Below, in pieces: positions 31,764 through 42,889 of a stretch of 64,000 nt of DNA. The translations under genes were made by a program, and so were the position numbers. The first letter of the stretch is position 1. Each line of letters starts with the position of its first letter. The stretch spans positions 1,329 to 65,328 of the forward strand of contig DKEX01000081.1 of NCBI GenBank assembly GCA_002452295.1. The letters are read 5' to 3'. The DNA is from Firmicutes bacterium UBA6811. GTDB lineage: Bacteria; Bacillota; SHA-98; UBA4971. Under the pieces are notes generated by a model. It did no database searches, was not told the DNA's origin, and was given only the letters and a program-made list of their open reading frames with translations.

Positions 31764-33125
31764 CTACTCCTCGTGGAGCCGCACCACGAGCCGTGGCCCC
31801 TCCACGTTTACTACCTCCACCGCCGCGCCCTTCGGCAGGAAGTCCCCCTCGGTGACCGCGTCCAGCCTTGCCCCATCGATCAGCACGGTGCCGCTGGGCC
31901 GCATCACGGTGACAGCCGTCCCCACCCGCCCGAGGTACGCCTCGCGCTCCGGGGTGGCGATATACCCCTCGGCCGAGCGCTCGCTCGTCCGCAGGACGAA
32001 CCGTCCGAAGGCCAGAGATCTCCCGAGGTACTTAAAGGAGATCGCAACGATGAACGCGGTGACCACGAGGGAAAACGATATCACGAAGGCGGCCTCGCGC
32101 ATGTCCCCGAAACTGAGGACGAGCGAGGCGAATATGGCGGCTATCCCGCTTATGCCCGCGACTCCGAACCCCGGTATGAGGAACACCTCCGCGAGAAGCA
32201 GGAGAAAGCCCAGGATGAAAAGGCCCGCGACCTCCCAGCCGGCAAGCCCCGCGATCATCCTTCCGCCGAAGAACAGCGCGAGCGCCACCACCCCGGCCGT
32301 GCCCGGGACCCCCCACCCGGGTGAGGTGACCTCGAAGAGGAGCCCCAGGAACCCCATGATGAGCAGTATCGAGCTTATGGTCGGCTCCGTCAGGAAGCGC
32401 GCGACCTTCTCGGCCCAGTTCTGCTGAACCTCCACGAGCCGCGCGCCAGATAGGCCGAACTCCTGAAGGACCTCCCTCCTGGTCCCGGTGACGAGGTCGG
32501 CGAAGCCGAGCTCCTTCGCCTTCTGAGCTGTGAGGGTGAGGAGCTTGCCCGGGCCTATGATCCCGTCTATGACCACGTCGGCATCGACCATGGCCGCGGC
32601 GATCTCGGGATCACGGCTCCTGGTCTCGGCCGTCGCCTCGAACTCCCCTCGCATCGCGGAGATGGCCTTTTCTTCCTTCGGGATGGTCTCGGCCGCACCG
32701 ATGCTGGCACCGGGGACCATCGCGATCTTCTCGGCGGCGAGGGTTATGAGGGCGCCTGCGGACCACGCTCGCCCCTTCACAAACGCGATGGACGGGACGG
32801 AGAGATCGAAGATGAGGTCGCGTATCTCCGTCGCAGCGTCAACGCGCCCGCCGAAGGTGTCTATCTCGAACAGCACCGCTCGCGCTCCCGCGCTCTCGGC
32901 GGCGTCGATGCCCCTCTCGAGGTAGGCCGCGAGCCCGGGCTCGATCGGGCCCCTTATGCTGAGCACGTACACTGTTTCCCCTGGAGAGGACCGCTGCGGG
33001 GCCGCCCGGTTCCACGCAAGCGCAGGCGCGGGCGCGGGCGAGCCCACGACCGCCAGCAGCAGCGCGACAAACACAGCAACCCGGATCTGACGGAAAACGC
33101 GCCTCATGTCAACCCCCCGCTTCAA
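31764..33125 (-). CDS. nfeD: Membrane-bound ClpP-class serine protease NfeD (YqeZ)
   Basis: A signal sequence, the ClpP-like motifs [13 protein letters not shown] and [13 protein letters not shown] with [12 protein letters not shown] segments, and a C-terminal OB-fold. Confidence 0.8.
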   Translation of the reverse strand: MKRGVDMRRVFRQIRVAVFVALLLAVVGSPAPAPALAWNRAAPQRSSPGETVYVLSIRGPIEPGLAAYLERGIDAAESAGARAVLFEIDTFGGRVDAATEIRDLIFDLSVPSIAFVKGRAWSAGALITLAAEKIAMVPGASIGAAETIPKEEKAISAMRGEFEATAETRSRDPEIAAAMVDADVVIDGIIGPGKLLTLTAQKAKELGFADLVTGTRREVLQEFGLSGARLVEVQQNWAEKVARFLTEPTISSILLIMGFLGLLFEVTSPGWGVPGTAGVVALALFFGGRMIAGLAGWEVAGLFILGFLLLLAEVFLIPGFGVAGISGIAAIFASLVLSFGDMREAAFVISFSLVVTAFIVAISFKYLGRSLAFGRFVLRTSERSAEGYIATPEREAYLGRVGTAVTVMRPSGTVLIDGARLDAVTEGDFLPKGAAVEVVNVEGPRLVVRLHEE

Positions 33126-33202
33126 CCCTTCAACCCCCCGGCCGTGCTGCTACCCCGGGAAAAATGACGCCCGACTGGGGTCGGGCATCAATACATACTC
33201 TA

Positions 33203-33379
33203 TCAGCGGAACCTGCGCTTGCGGGCGGCCTCAGACTTCTTCTTCCGCCGCACGCTCGGCTTCTCGTAATGCTCGTGCTTCCGAAACTCACTGAAAACTC
33301 CCGACCTCTGGCACTCCCGCTTGAACCTGCGGAGCGCGCTATCGAGGGATTCGTTCTTGCCAACACGTATCTCCGACAT
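33203..33379 (-). CDS. rpsU: 30S ribosomal protein S21
   Basis: [55 protein letters not shown]. An SD, GGAGGGAGGGAG, precedes the ATG. Confidence 0.92.
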   Translation of the reverse strand: MSEIRVGKNESLDSALRRFKRECQRSGVFSEFRKHEHYEKPSVRRKKKSEAARKRRFR

Positions 33380-33492
33380 CCGATCTCCCTCCCTCCGCAA
33401 CCACGATCTTTCCCCGACGGTGCTGCGACCTCCGGCAGCCAGTTGGTGGTGGCGGAGTCCAGTCGGGCACTCGCCGAAAAGACCTACGCCCG

Positions 33493-33522
33493 ATTATACC
33501 CCGGCGCTGGATCGTGTGTCAA
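33493..33522 (-). promoter_or_regulatory. Consensus sigma-A promoter upstream of rpsU
   Basis: Minus-sense TTGACA (plus 33517-33522), an 18-bp spacer, and TATAAT (plus 33493-33498). It sits in the gap between the HIT gene stop and rpsU. Confidence 0.65.
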
Positions 33523-33574
33523 TCTCGAACCTACAGGCCGCAGGCCTGCAGGTCTGCGAGTCTTGCCACCTGGC

Positions 33575-33961
33575 TCATCCCGGGGGCCACCCGAACCGCC
33601 TTCCCCCAAGAAGGTGCAGGTGGATGTGGAAGACGCTCTGGCCGGCCTTCTCGCCACAGTTGCCCACCACCCGGAAGCCGTCGCCCGCCCCGAGCCTGGA
33701 TGCGAGCCTGGCAGCGGTGACCAGAAGACGCCCCATCAAGACCTCGTCCTCCTCGGCAATCTCGGCCATGGAGCCCATGTGGCGCTTCGGGATGATGAGC
33801 ACGTGCACCGGCGCCTGCGGGTTGATATCGCGGAAAGCCAGGGCCTCGTCGTCCTCGTATACGATATCGGCCGGCACCTCACGCCTTGCGATCCTGCAAA
33901 ACAGGCACTCTCGTTCCACCCCGTCGGTGCGGGGACGTCCCTGAGCTTCGGTCGATCCCAC
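33575..33961 (-). CDS. HIT-family (histidine triad) nucleotide hydrolase
   Basis: The histidine triad HIHLHLLGG and the N-terminal CLFCRI motif. The GTG start is preceded by AAGAAGGAGGGA. Confidence 0.85.
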   Translation of the reverse strand: MGSTEAQGRPRTDGVERECLFCRIARREVPADIVYEDDEALAFRDINPQAPVHVLIIPKRHMGSMAEIAEEDEVLMGRLLVTAARLASRLGAGDGFRVVGNCGEKAGQSVFHIHLHLLGGRRFGWPPG

Positions 33962-34002
33962 GGCTGTCCCTCCTTCTTATGATTACTTCTCCCTGTGCCC
34001 CC

Positions 34003-35358
34003 TCAATCCTTCCTCGCGGCCTCCGGGGGCGAAACTCTCTTTGCGACGACCCCGTCCTCCTCTGCGGCCACAATAGCGACGGGAACGAGCTCACCCACGA
34101 GTCCGGCATCTCCTGCGAACCCGATCCTCACATAGGTGCTGCCCAGCCCGTGCAGGAGCCCTGCGCCCCTCGCAAGCTCCTCCACGAGCGCCTCTTCCCG
34201 CAGGCCGACGAGGCTCTCGTGGAACCTTGCGGCAAGCTGGCGACTCAGCTCGATCATGCTCTCGCTCCGCGCGTGCCTCGCGGCGGGGTCCACCTGCCCC
34301 TCCATGCGGGCGGCCCGCGTGCCGGGCCGTGCCGAGTAGCTGAACACGTGCATCCTGGAAAAGCCCATGCGCCGCGCAAACTCATACGACCGCGTGAACA
34401 TCTCGTCCGTCTCGCCCGGGAACCCCACCATGATGTCGGTGGTGATGCCCACGGGCCGCATCCGCTCCCGGATCCGGTCGATGAGACGCGCGTAGTCGCC
34501 CGTCCTGTACCCGCGGTTCATCCTCTCGAGGACGGCGTCATCGCCGCTCTGGAGGGGTATATGAAGGTGCTTCGCGACCCTGGGAAGGTCTCGGACCACG
34601 CGCACCAGGCGCTCGTCGACGTCGAGAGGCTCCACGGAACTCAGGCGCACCCGGCCGAGGCCCCTGACCTCGTGGACCTGTTCCACAAGCCACGCGAGGT
34701 CTGGGCGGGTGCCGGTCTCATCTTCGCAAAGGTCCCTTCCGTACGCCCCGAGGTGGATTCCCGTGAGGACGATCTCCCTGTGGCCGGCCTCCACGAACCT
34801 CTGCACTTCGTCGAGCACGTTTCGCGGGGCCCGACTTCTGGACGCCCCGCGCGCGAAGGGGACGCGGCAGTACGAGCAGAACTCGTCGCACCCCTCCTGC
34901 ACCTTGATAAACCCGCGCGTCCTGGTCTCCGGCCCTGCGAGGGGAAGCTCCTCGAAAAGGCCGCCGGGGCGGCCGCCTTCCACCTCGACCACGGGGCCCT
35001 CGCCCCGCATGGCTTTCTCTACGAGGTCCACAAGCATCGCTCTCTCGCGAATGCCTGCGACCACGTCCACCCCCGGTATGGCCGCAACCTCCTCCGGCGC
35101 CACCTGCGCGTAGCATCCTACCACGGCCACGATGGCGGAGGGGCTCTGCCGCCTCGCCCGGCGGATGGCCTGCCTGGACTTCTTCTCGCTCATGCTGGTG
35201 ACGGTGCACGTGTTCACGCAGTACACGTCGGCCGGCGAATCGAAGCCCACGATCTCGTATCCGCGCTCCCGGAAAAGCCTGGCCAGGCCATCCGTGTCGT
35301 ACCGGTTCACCTTGCACCCGAGGGTATGGAAGGCGCACCTTCTCGGCCTTTGAGGCAA
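34003..35358 (-). CDS. mtaB: tRNA (N6-threonylcarbamoyladenosine) methylthiotransferase MtaB (YqeV, radical SAM)
   Basis: The MTTase N-terminal domain AFHTLGCKVNRYD, the radical-SAM CDEFCSYC motif, and a TRAM domain. The TTG start abuts the rsmE stop. Confidence 0.85.
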   Translation of the reverse strand: MPQRPRRCAFHTLGCKVNRYDTDGLARLFRERGYEIVGFDSPADVYCVNTCTVTSMSEKKSRQAIRRARRQSPSAIVAVVGCYAQVAPEEVAAIPGVDVVAGIRERAMLVDLVEKAMRGEGPVVEVEGGRPGGLFEELPLAGPETRTRGFIKVQEGCDEFCSYCRVPFARGASRSRAPRNVLDEVQRFVEAGHREIVLTGIHLGAYGRDLCEDETGTRPDLAWLVEQVHEVRGLGRVRLSSVEPLDVDERLVRVVRDLPRVAKHLHIPLQSGDDAVLERMNRGYRTGDYARLIDRIRERMRPVGITTDIMVGFPGETDEMFTRSYEFARRMGFSRMHVFSYSARPGTRAARMEGQVDPAARHARSESMIELSRQLAARFHESLVGLREEALVEELARGAGLLHGLGSTYVRIGFAGDAGLVGELVPVAIVAAEEDGVVAKRVSPPEAARKD

Positions 35359-36138
35359 CTACCCCATCTCCCCGGCCTCGTAAAGAATGATGGAGCTCAC
35401 CACGAGCCCCGCGGTCTCGGTGCGGAGTATCCTCGGGCCCAGGCCGCACGTGACGGCCCCGCATGCCACCGCCTGTCTGACCTCGTCGTGGGAGAAGCCA
35501 CCCTCGGGCCCAACGAGAACCATGACCTCCCTGGCACCCCGGTGCTCGCGCAGCGCGTCGCGGATGCCCCGCGACATCTCGAGCTCCCACGGCATGATGA
35601 GGAGGCGTTCGCCGGAGGCGCCTGCCTCCATGCCCGGGGAGATCCATTCGAGCGCGCCCCGAAAGCTCACGATATCGAGCACCTCAGGCACCCGCTGCCG
35701 CCCGGACTGCTTCGAGGCCTCGCGCGCGATCCGCCGCCACCTTTCCGCCTGCCGTCCGGCCCCCGGCGGGTCAGGCCTTGACACAGTGCGCTCGGTCACC
35801 ACGGGCACAAACCGGCCCACGCCGATCTCGGTGTTCTTCCTCACGACCTCGTTCATCTTGTCGCCCTTCGGCAGTCCCTGAAGGATGGTAATGAATACAG
35901 AGGGCTCGCGGCATACATCGCTGCCCTCTGTCAGCATAGCCACAACCTCTTCATCGCCGGCGGTCACGATGCGGCCCCGGCGCTCCACCCCGGCGCCGTC
36001 CACCGCATCGATCTCGTCGCCCGGCCCAAGCCTGAGCACCCGCCGGATGTGGCGGGCGTCCTGGCCGGCAATGACCACCGTGGACCCGGGCGCCGTCACC
36101 CCGCGGACGAAAAACCTCGGGCGCGCCCAGTCACGCAT
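35359..36138 (-). CDS. rsmE: 16S rRNA (uracil1498-N3)-methyltransferase RsmE
   Basis: [11 protein letters not shown]..., a PUA-like N-terminus, and a SPOUT domain. It lies downstream of dnaJ, as in Bacillus. Confidence 0.82.
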   Translation of the reverse strand: MRDWARPRFFVRGVTAPGSTVVIAGQDARHIRRVLRLGPGDEIDAVDGAGVERRGRIVTAGDEEVVAMLTEGSDVCREPSVFITILQGLPKGDKMNEVVRKNTEIGVGRFVPVVTERTVSRPDPPGAGRQAERWRRIAREASKQSGRQRVPEVLDIVSFRGALEWISPGMEAGASGERLLIMPWELEMSRGIRDALREHRGAREVMVLVGPEGGFSHDEVRQAVACGAVTCGLGPRILRTETAGLVVSSIILYEAGEMG

Positions 36139-37276
36139 GCCTCTCCCACGCGTCGCGGACCTTCTTGAAGAAACCTCTTGGCTCATCGTCGGCCTTGTGT
36201 GCACCCCGCAGCCTGGCAAGCTCCCGGATAAGCTCCTTCTCCCTGTCGGCGAGCCTCGTGGGCGTCACCACTCTTACCCTGACGTACTGGTCTCCCCGCG
36301 CACCGCCGTGCACGTCTGGAATGCCCTTGCCGCGCAGGCAGAAGGCCGTGCCCGTCTGAGCACCCTCCGGGATATGGAGCGACGCCCGGCCGTCGATGGC
36401 GGGCACCTCTATGTCGTCGCCGAGGGCGGCCTGCCAGATGCTTATCGGGATCTCGCATACTATGTCGTTCCCGTCACGCTGAAAGATCTCGTGGGGCCTG
36501 ACGGTGATAAAGACGAACAGGTCCCCCGGCGGCCCGCCGCGCGCCCCGGCCTCGCCCTCGCCGGCCACCCGCACGCGCATCCCGGAGTCCACCCCGGCAG
36601 GGATCCTGACCCTGATCTTCTTGCGCTTGCGGGCCCTGCCGCGACCCTGGCACGCCTGGCACGGCGACTCGATCACCCTGCCCTCGCCTCCACAGCGGGG
36701 ACAGGTGGTGATGCTGGTGAACCTGCCGAAGGCGGTGTTGCGCACCTGGGTGGTCTGCCCGCGGCCGCCGCACACGGGGCACGTCACCGGCAGGGTGCCC
36801 GGCTTCGCCCCCGTGCCGCCGCACGTGGAGCACGTCTCCAGCCGCATCACCTCGAGTTCCCGCTCGAGGCCCGACGCCGCCTCCTCGAGGGATATGTTCA
36901 GGTCGTAGCGGAGGTCGGCGCCCCTCTCCGGGCCCGGCCTCGTCGTCCGCCCGCCGCCGAAACCGCCGCCGAAGAACATATCGAAGATGCTGTCGAACGA
37001 GCCGAAGTCGCCGAAATCCCAGCCGCCCATGCCGCCGGGCCCACCGGCCGGGCCTTGCGCGGCATGGCCGAACTGGTCGTAGCGCCGCCGCTTCTCAGGG
37101 TCAGACAGCACCTCGTAAGCCTCGTTTATCTCCTTGAACTTCCCCTCGGCGGACGGGTCCTCTTTATTCATGTCCGGGTGGTACTTGCGCGCAAGCTTCC
37201 GGAAGGCCTTCTTGATCTCATCCTGGCTCGCGCCCTTCTCTACACCCAGGACCTCGTAGTAATCGCGTTTCGCCAA
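36131..37276 (-). CDS. dnaJ: Chaperone DnaJ
   Basis: J-domain DYYEVLGV...KYHPD, a G/F region, and four CxxCxGxG zinc-finger repeats. Confidence 0.95.
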   Translation of the reverse strand: MAKRDYYEVLGVEKGASQDEIKKAFRKLARKYHPDMNKEDPSAEGKFKEINEAYEVLSDPEKRRRYDQFGHAAQGPAGGPGGMGGWDFGDFGSFDSIFDMFFGGGFGGGRTTRPGPERGADLRYDLNISLEEAASGLERELEVMRLETCSTCGGTGAKPGTLPVTCPVCGGRGQTTQVRNTAFGRFTSITTCPRCGGEGRVIESPCQACQGRGRARKRKKIRVRIPAGVDSGMRVRVAGEGEAGARGGPPGDLFVFITVRPHEIFQRDGNDIVCEIPISIWQAALGDDIEVPAIDGRASLHIPEGAQTGTAFCLRGKGIPDVHGGARGDQYVRVRVVTPTRLADREKELIRELARLRGAHKADDEPRGFFKKVRDAWERHA

Positions 37277-37322
37277 TCTTCACACCCCTGGGCAAGCGGC
37301 GCAACCGCCGCAAGATGCGGGG

Positions 37323-39212
37323 TTACTCGTCCTTTACCTCTTTATAGTCGGCATCGACGACGTCATCGCCCCCGCCAGGCCTGCTCCCTCCGGCGCCTCC
37401 CCCGGGGCCGCCCGTGCCGCTCGTGCCGTCGCCCGTGGCGCCGGCCCCGGTCCCGGATCCCGCTCCCGCTCCCGCTCCGGCGCGGTTGTACATGGCCGCT
37501 GTCGCCTCGTGTAGGGCGCTGAGAAGGTCGTCCTTGCGCGCCTTGATGGTGGCGATGTCCCGGCCCGCGAGCGCGGAGCGCAGGTCGTCCCTCGCCCGCT
37601 CAACTTTGGCCGCCTGGTCGCTGGATATCTTGTCCCTGTGCTCCTTGAGTGTCTTCTCGGCGGTGTATGTGAGCGAGTCAGCTTCATTACGCAGCTCGGC
37701 CTCCTCGTGCCTGCGCCTGTCCTCCTCGGCGTGGGCCTCCGCCTCCTTGACCATCCGCTCGATGTCATCGCGGGCGACGCCGCTCGAGGACGTTATGGTG
37801 ATCTTCTGCTCCCTGCCTGTGCCCAGGTCCTTCGCGGACACGTGGACTATGCCGTTCACGTCGATGTCGAAGGCCACCTCGATCTGCGGTATCCCACGCG
37901 GCGCAGGGGGTATGCCGGTAAGCTGGAACCTTCCCAGGGATACGTTGTCCGCGGCCATCGGCCGCTCGCCCTGGAGCACGTTGATCTCCACGGTGGTCTG
38001 GTTATCGGCGGCCGTCGAGAATACCTGCTTTTTCGTGGTGGGGATGGTCGTGTTGCGCTCGATGAGCTTCGTGAACACCCCGCCCAGGGTCTCGATGCCC
38101 AGCGAAAGAGGAGTCACGTCGAGCAGGAGCACATCGTGCACCTCTCCTGCAAGCACGCCGGCCTGGATGGCTGCGCCAAGGGCCACCACCTCGTCGGGGT
38201 TCACGCCCTTGTGCGGCTCCTTGCCGATTAGGTCGCGGATGGCCTTCTGCACTGCGGGCATCCTAGTCTGGCCACCGACCAGGATCGCCTTGTCGATGTC
38301 CTTCGGCTCGAGGCCTGCGTCGGCGAGAGCCCTCCGGGTGGGCCCGAGGGTCTTCTCCACCAGGTCCTGCGTCAGCTCCTCCAGCTTGGCGCGGGAGAGA
38401 GTCGTGTCCAGGTGCAAAGGCTGGCCGTTTGAGTCCGCCGCGACGAAGGGCAGGTTCATGCTGGCCGTAAGAAGCCCCGATAGCTCCACCTTGGCCTTCT
38501 CGGCGGCCTCCGTCAGCCTCTGCAGCGCGACCCTGTCCCTGCGGAGGTCTATGCCATGCTGCCTCATGAACTCCTCCGCGACGTGGTCAACGATCCTCCT
38601 GTCGAAGTCGTCCCCGCCCAAGAGGTTGTTGCCCGAGGTGGCCTTGACCTCGAACACGCCCTCCCCGAGCTCCAGGATGGAGACGTCAAAGGTGCCGCCA
38701 CCGAGGTCGAACACGAGAATGGTGTGGTCCTGGCCCTTGTCGAGGCCGTAGGCGAGCGCCGCCGCCGTCGGCTCGTTGATGATCCTGAGGACCTCGAGCC
38801 CTGCGATCTTTCCGGCGTCCTTGGTCGCCTGCCTCTGGGAGTCGGTGAAGTACGCAGGGACCGTGATGACGGCCTTTTCGACCTTCTCGCCCAGGTAAGC
38901 CTCGGCGTCCTCTTTCAGCTTGCGGAGGATCATCGCCGATATCTCCTGCGGCGTGTATTCTCCGTCGTCGATCTTCACCCTGTGGGTCGTGCCCATCTTC
39001 CTCTTGATGGACAGGACGGTCCTCTCGGGGTTGACCACAGCCTGTCTCTTGGCGACCTGGCCGACCATCCGCTCTCCTGTCTTGCCAAAAGCCACCACCG
39101 AGGGAGTCAGCCTCGACCCTTCGGCGTTGGGTATAACTTTAGCCTCCCCGCCCTCCATCACGGCGATAACTGAGTTCGTGGTTCCGAGATCGATTCCTAC
39201 CACCCGGGACAT
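37323..39212 (-). CDS. dnaK: Chaperone DnaK (Hsp70)
   Basis: [26 protein letters not shown], and full-length Hsp70. Confidence 0.97.
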   Translation of the reverse strand: MSRVVGIDLGTTNSVIAVMEGGEAKVIPNAEGSRLTPSVVAFGKTGERMVGQVAKRQAVVNPERTVLSIKRKMGTTHRVKIDDGEYTPQEISAMILRKLKEDAEAYLGEKVEKAVITVPAYFTDSQRQATKDAGKIAGLEVLRIINEPTAAALAYGLDKGQDHTILVFDLGGGTFDVSILELGEGVFEVKATSGNNLLGGDDFDRRIVDHVAEEFMRQHGIDLRRDRVALQRLTEAAEKAKVELSGLLTASMNLPFVAADSNGQPLHLDTTLSRAKLEELTQDLVEKTLGPTRRALADAGLEPKDIDKAILVGGQTRMPAVQKAIRDLIGKEPHKGVNPDEVVALGAAIQAGVLAGEVHDVLLLDVTPLSLGIETLGGVFTKLIERNTTIPTTKKQVFSTAADNQTTVEINVLQGERPMAADNVSLGRFQLTGIPPAPRGIPQIEVAFDIDVNGIVHVSAKDLGTGREQKITITSSSGVARDDIERMVKEAEAHAEEDRRRHEEAELRNEADSLTYTAEKTLKEHRDKISSDQAAKVERARDDLRSALAGRDIATIKARKDDLLSALHEATAAMYNRAGAGAGAGSGTGAGATGDGTSGTGGPGGGAGGSRPGGGDDVVDADYKEVKDE

Positions 39213-39332
39213 CCTCTTACCCCCTCATCTCCAGCACTATCTATAGCGGTCTGCAAAGCGCTCGGAACCCGCACCCCATGGTGCCGGCGCCATGCAACAC
39301 GAAAACGCAATGATGCGGGCCGGAATCGCAGC

Positions 39333-40058
39333 TTACTCGAACTCCGGGTCGCGGCTCGCCGTGCCGGGGGGCTCTTGCGCCTCGTCGGTGGCCCCGCCCC
39401 CGGCCCCGGGCCCCGGCCCGATCTCATGCCCGGCCCCGTCGCCCGGTCCATCGGCCAGCCTGCATGCCACCGTAACGAGCGCAGGCCTGATGACCCGGTG
39501 TTTCGACGCGTAGCCACTTTGGACTTCCTCGAGCACGGTGCCTTCCTCGACCTTGCCGGTGGGCACTCGCAATACGGCCTCGTGTCTTGCGGGGTCATAT
39601 GGCTCCCCCGCGGCCGCGATGGGCCTTATGCCCTCCCTTTCGAGAAACTCCAGAAACTCGCTCATAACGAGGTCGAGGCCCTGCGTAATGCCATCGTTCG
39701 CTCCACTTGCCTTCGCATGCTTTATCGCGCGCTCGAGGCCGTCGAGGGCGGGGAGCATGTTCCTCACCACCGCTTCCACGGCCGCAGTGCGAGACTCCGC
39801 CTGCTCGCGTGCCACCCGCTTCTTTAGATTCTCCAGGTCAGCCTGGGCGCGCTGCCACCCGGCGAGGTACTTCTCCTTAAGCGCCGTTTCCTGACGAAGC
39901 AGCGCTTCGAGGTCCGCCTCTCCCCTTGTAGTTTTCGCGGCGCCTTCCGCGGGATTTTCCATCGCCTGAGCTTCAGGGTTCTCGGCCGGGGTCTCCGGCC
40001 TCACCGCACCGGCATTATCGGGCGCACCGCCCGGTGTGCGTACTGCCTCCTCGCTCAC
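39333..40058 (-). CDS. grpE: Nucleotide exchange factor GrpE
   Basis: The GrpE core YLAGWQRAQADLENLKKR...PYDPARHEAV with a G/P-rich C-terminal tail. The start overlaps the upstream chaperonin gene by 4 nt. Confidence 0.9.
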   Translation of the reverse strand: MSEEAVRTPGGAPDNAGAVRPETPAENPEAQAMENPAEGAAKTTRGEADLEALLRQETALKEKYLAGWQRAQADLENLKKRVAREQAESRTAAVEAVVRNMLPALDGLERAIKHAKASGANDGITQGLDLVMSEFLEFLEREGIRPIAAAGEPYDPARHEAVLRVPTGKVEEGTVLEEVQSGYASKHRVIRPALVTVACRLADGPGDGAGHEIGPGPGAGGGATDEAQEPPGTASRDPEFE

Positions 40059-41617
40059 AGGTCCGCCTCCTTCGGGTCACCCACGTTATCCTCTCTCTTT
40101 TTGACTATCCTGTCAATCCTGAGCACGGCCTCGCCGACCTCGGCCGCCGCCCTCAGTGCGTACAGCTTCACGGGGGTCGGGTCCACAACGCCAAGGGCCA
40201 GCATATCAGCGATCTCGCCTGAGTCGCAGTTCACGGCCAGGCTGTCGCTGCCCCTCTCCGACTGGGCCGCGCTGACCTCCTCAACCTTCTCGAGCGGGTT
40301 ATAGCCCGCGTTCTGAACGATCTGGGCCAGCGGGCGCCTGAGCGCCGCGATCACGCAGTCCACGCCGTAGGCCGCCATGCCCTTGACCTGCTGCCTGGTG
40401 GCGGCGAGGCACCTCGCCGCCGCTATCTCCGCGGCGCCGCCGCCCGGCACCACCCCGCCCACCACCGCGGCCTGCACCGCGGACACGGCGTCGTGGGCTA
40501 TGCGCTCGCGCTCTCCAGCCACGTCGCTTGTGGCGGCGCCCACCACGATGGTGGCCATGGGCTTGCCGCGTCCGCCGATGATGCGGATCTCCGACAGTCT
40601 CTCGTCCTCGTACACCCTGTCAGCCGCCCCGAGCACCTTCTCGATCTCCTCTGCGGGCCGCGCAAGCCAGGCTCGTTTGACAGGGCGGGCGCCCGTGTGG
40701 TCTGCGACCCTTCGAAGGTCGCGCCAGGAGACTCTCGTGGCTACCATGATCCCCGCATCAGTCAGGATATCCCCGGCGACATCGGACATCCCTCGATCCA
40801 CCAGAACCACGTTGACCCCGCAGGCCACGAGCCGTCCGAGGTTTCGCTGGAACTCCTCCCGCAACGCCAGGTGCCTCTCGATGCCGCGCTCGGTGGCCAG
40901 CGCCTCCTCGTCAAGCCTCTCCGGCTCAAGGGCGTCATCCAGGACGAGGATCCTGGCAGGGGCTGCCTCGGCTGGCACGTGCCTCGTCTCCCTGCCCCGC
41001 TTCACGATGACACCCATGAAGACCTCGCTTCTCGCTCCCTCCTGGGCCACGATGGCGTCCCGCAGGCGAAACGCGGGATCGAGGAGGTTATCCTCGCCTG
41101 CAAGCCTTGCGGCCTCCACCGCAAGCGTGGCGATATCCTCGTGGCCTCGCCCCGCGGTGCGCGCCACGCGCACGAGGAGCGGATCCTCGAGCCCCAGGAC
41201 CTGCCGCGACGATCTCTCGAGCGCCTCCAGCGCGGCCGCAGCGCCGATCTGCACGCCCTCTATGAGCCTGGGGACGGGGACTCCCTCGGTCACCACGTCC
41301 ACACCTGCCTGTACCAGGGCGCTCGCCATAATGGTCGCTGTGGTGGTGCCGTCGCCGACCTCCTCCTCCTGCGCCCTGGCGACATTTATGAGCATCCTCG
41401 CGGCCGGGTGCGTGGCCTCCATCCGTTCCAGGATCGTGCAGCCGTCGTTGGTCACCACCACGTCCCCGAACCTGTCCACGAGCATGGTATCGAGGCCCTT
41501 CGGGCCGATGGTTCCCTCGACAGCCGCCGCCACCGCCCGGAGCGCGGAAGCGTTGGAGAGCAGCGCAGTCACCCTCTCGTTCCCGCCGGCCTCACTCGCC
41601 TTGCGCGCTTCGCTCAA
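40055..41617 (-). CDS. Group II (thermosome/CCT-like) chaperonin, bacterial homolog
   Basis: [58 protein letters not shown] matches thermosome-type equatorial-domain signatures rather than GroEL. It is 520 aa. The TTG start is preceded by a GGGGGGAGAGAGGGG SD. It lies between hrcA and grpE. Confidence 0.8.
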   Translation of the reverse strand: MSEARKASEAGGNERVTALLSNASALRAVAAAVEGTIGPKGLDTMLVDRFGDVVVTNDGCTILERMEATHPAARMLINVARAQEEEVGDGTTTATIMASALVQAGVDVVTEGVPVPRLIEGVQIGAAAALEALERSSRQVLGLEDPLLVRVARTAGRGHEDIATLAVEAARLAGEDNLLDPAFRLRDAIVAQEGARSEVFMGVIVKRGRETRHVPAEAAPARILVLDDALEPERLDEEALATERGIERHLALREEFQRNLGRLVACGVNVVLVDRGMSDVAGDILTDAGIMVATRVSWRDLRRVADHTGARPVKRAWLARPAEEIEKVLGAADRVYEDERLSEIRIIGGRGKPMATIVVGAATSDVAGERERIAHDAVSAVQAAVVGGVVPGGGAAEIAAARCLAATRQQVKGMAAYGVDCVIAALRRPLAQIVQNAGYNPLEKVEEVSAAQSERGSDSLAVNCDSGEIADMLALGVVDPTPVKLYALRAAAEVGEAVLRIDRIVKKREDNVGDPKEADL

Positions 41618-41719
41618 ACCTACCCCTCTCTCCCCCCGAAACAGTCTGATGGGGCTAAGCTGACCTTAACCCCATGCGCCAGGAAACGCCTGATGGCACC
41701 CGCGGACCGCGGCAGTGGG

Positions 41720-42769
41720 TCACGTGACGAGGATCCTGGTGAGGACATCGCCCAGGTTCTCGGCGACGAACTCGACCAGGGTCACAACGCGTGAGTAGTG
41801 CATGCGGGTCGGGCCCACCACGCCCAGCGCTCCCATGGGCACCCCGCGGACCTCGTATGGGGCGCATACCATGCTGCACAGGCTCATGCCGGGGTGCCCG
41901 GCCTCGCGGCCGATGGTCACCGTCACCCCAGGGTCGCCCACTACGCCAGAGAGCAGGCTGTAAAGCGCCTCGTCTTCCGCGAAGAGCTCCAGCACACTTC
42001 TGGCTTTCGAGATGTCCTGAAACTCCGGTTGCTCGAGGAGGTTGACCTGGCCGTCGCTGTACACCTGCTCCTCGCGGCGCATCTCCAGCGACCGCGCTAT
42101 GGCCTCCACGGTGGCATCGATGAAGTTGGTGTAGTCTTCGAGCTCGGCCTTGATGTCACGAAGCAGCGAAGACGCTATGCGAGAGAGCGGCAAGTCGGCG
42201 AGGCGCGAGCTCAGGAACCGTGCGATGTGAGCGAGCTGCTGCCTGGTGAGCGCGTGCTCGGTCGTCACCAGGTGCGTGCGCACGAAGCCAGGGTCCATGA
42301 TGAGAATGACGAGCACGGTCTGGCCGTCAACCGGCAGAAGCTCGATCCTCCTGAACACGCCTGCTCTCGAGATCGGGGACAGCACGAACGCAGCGTACCT
42401 CGACAGATGTGCAAGCATCCTCGCGGTCTCCTCGACTGTGAGGTCGATCTCGCGCCGCTTCTGCTCGAGGGTGCGCCTGATGCGCTTCCTTTCCTCGTCG
42501 GAAACGGGCTTTAGCTTCATGATGAAGTCCACGTAAAACCGGTAGCCCTTTTGAGAAGGTATGCGCCCGGCTGACGTGTGGGGTTGCTCGAGATAACCCG
42601 AGTCTTCCAGGTCGGCCATCTCGTTCCTGATCGTGGCAGGGCTCACGCCCAGGTTGTACCTGCGCGCGATGGTGCGGGAACCCACCGGCTCTGCGGTGTT
42701 GATGTAATCATCGGTGACCGCTTCCAGTATACGCCTTTTCCTGTCGTCCATTAACGGCTGGAAGCCCAC
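41720..42769 (-). CDS. hrcA: Heat-inducible transcription repressor HrcA
   Basis: MDDRKRRILEAVTDDYINTAEPVGSRTIARRYNLGVSPATIRNEMADLEDSGYL. The GTG at 42769 lies 6 nt after GGAGGAGGG. Confidence 0.92.
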   Translation of the reverse strand: MGFQPLMDDRKRRILEAVTDDYINTAEPVGSRTIARRYNLGVSPATIRNEMADLEDSGYLEQPHTSAGRIPSQKGYRFYVDFIMKLKPVSDEERKRIRRTLEQKRREIDLTVEETARMLAHLSRYAAFVLSPISRAGVFRRIELLPVDGQTVLVILIMDPGFVRTHLVTTEHALTRQQLAHIARFLSSRLADLPLSRIASSLLRDIKAELEDYTNFIDATVEAIARSLEMRREEQVYSDGQVNLLEQPEFQDISKARSVLELFAEDEALYSLLSGVVGDPGVTVTIGREAGHPGMSLCSMVCAPYEVRGVPMGALGVVGPTRMHYSRVVTLVEFVAENLGDVLTRILVT

Positions 42770-42785
42770 GAGGGACCCTCCTCCG

Positions 42786-42812
42786 TTAGCACTCGCACGA
42801 CCAGAGTGCTAA
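42786..42812 (-). promoter_or_regulatory. CIRCE operator (HrcA binding site)
   Basis: A perfect inverted repeat TTAGCACTC-N9-GAGTGCTAA, immediately upstream of the hrcA SD. Confidence 0.95.
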
Positions 42813-42825
42813 ACTTCCCCGAATA

Positions 42826-42855
42826 AACATACCACCCTGTTTCAGCCTTTGTCAA
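42826..42855 (-). promoter_or_regulatory. sigma-A promoter of the hrcA-chaperonin-grpE-dnaK-dnaJ operon
   Basis: Minus-sense TTGACA (plus 42850-42855), an 18-bp spacer, and TGgTATGTT extended -10 (plus 42826-42831). CIRCE overlaps the transcription start region, as is typical. Confidence 0.6.
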
Positions 42856-42889
42856 GCGCGTTTTCGTGGCTCCACGCCGCGTCACGCCG

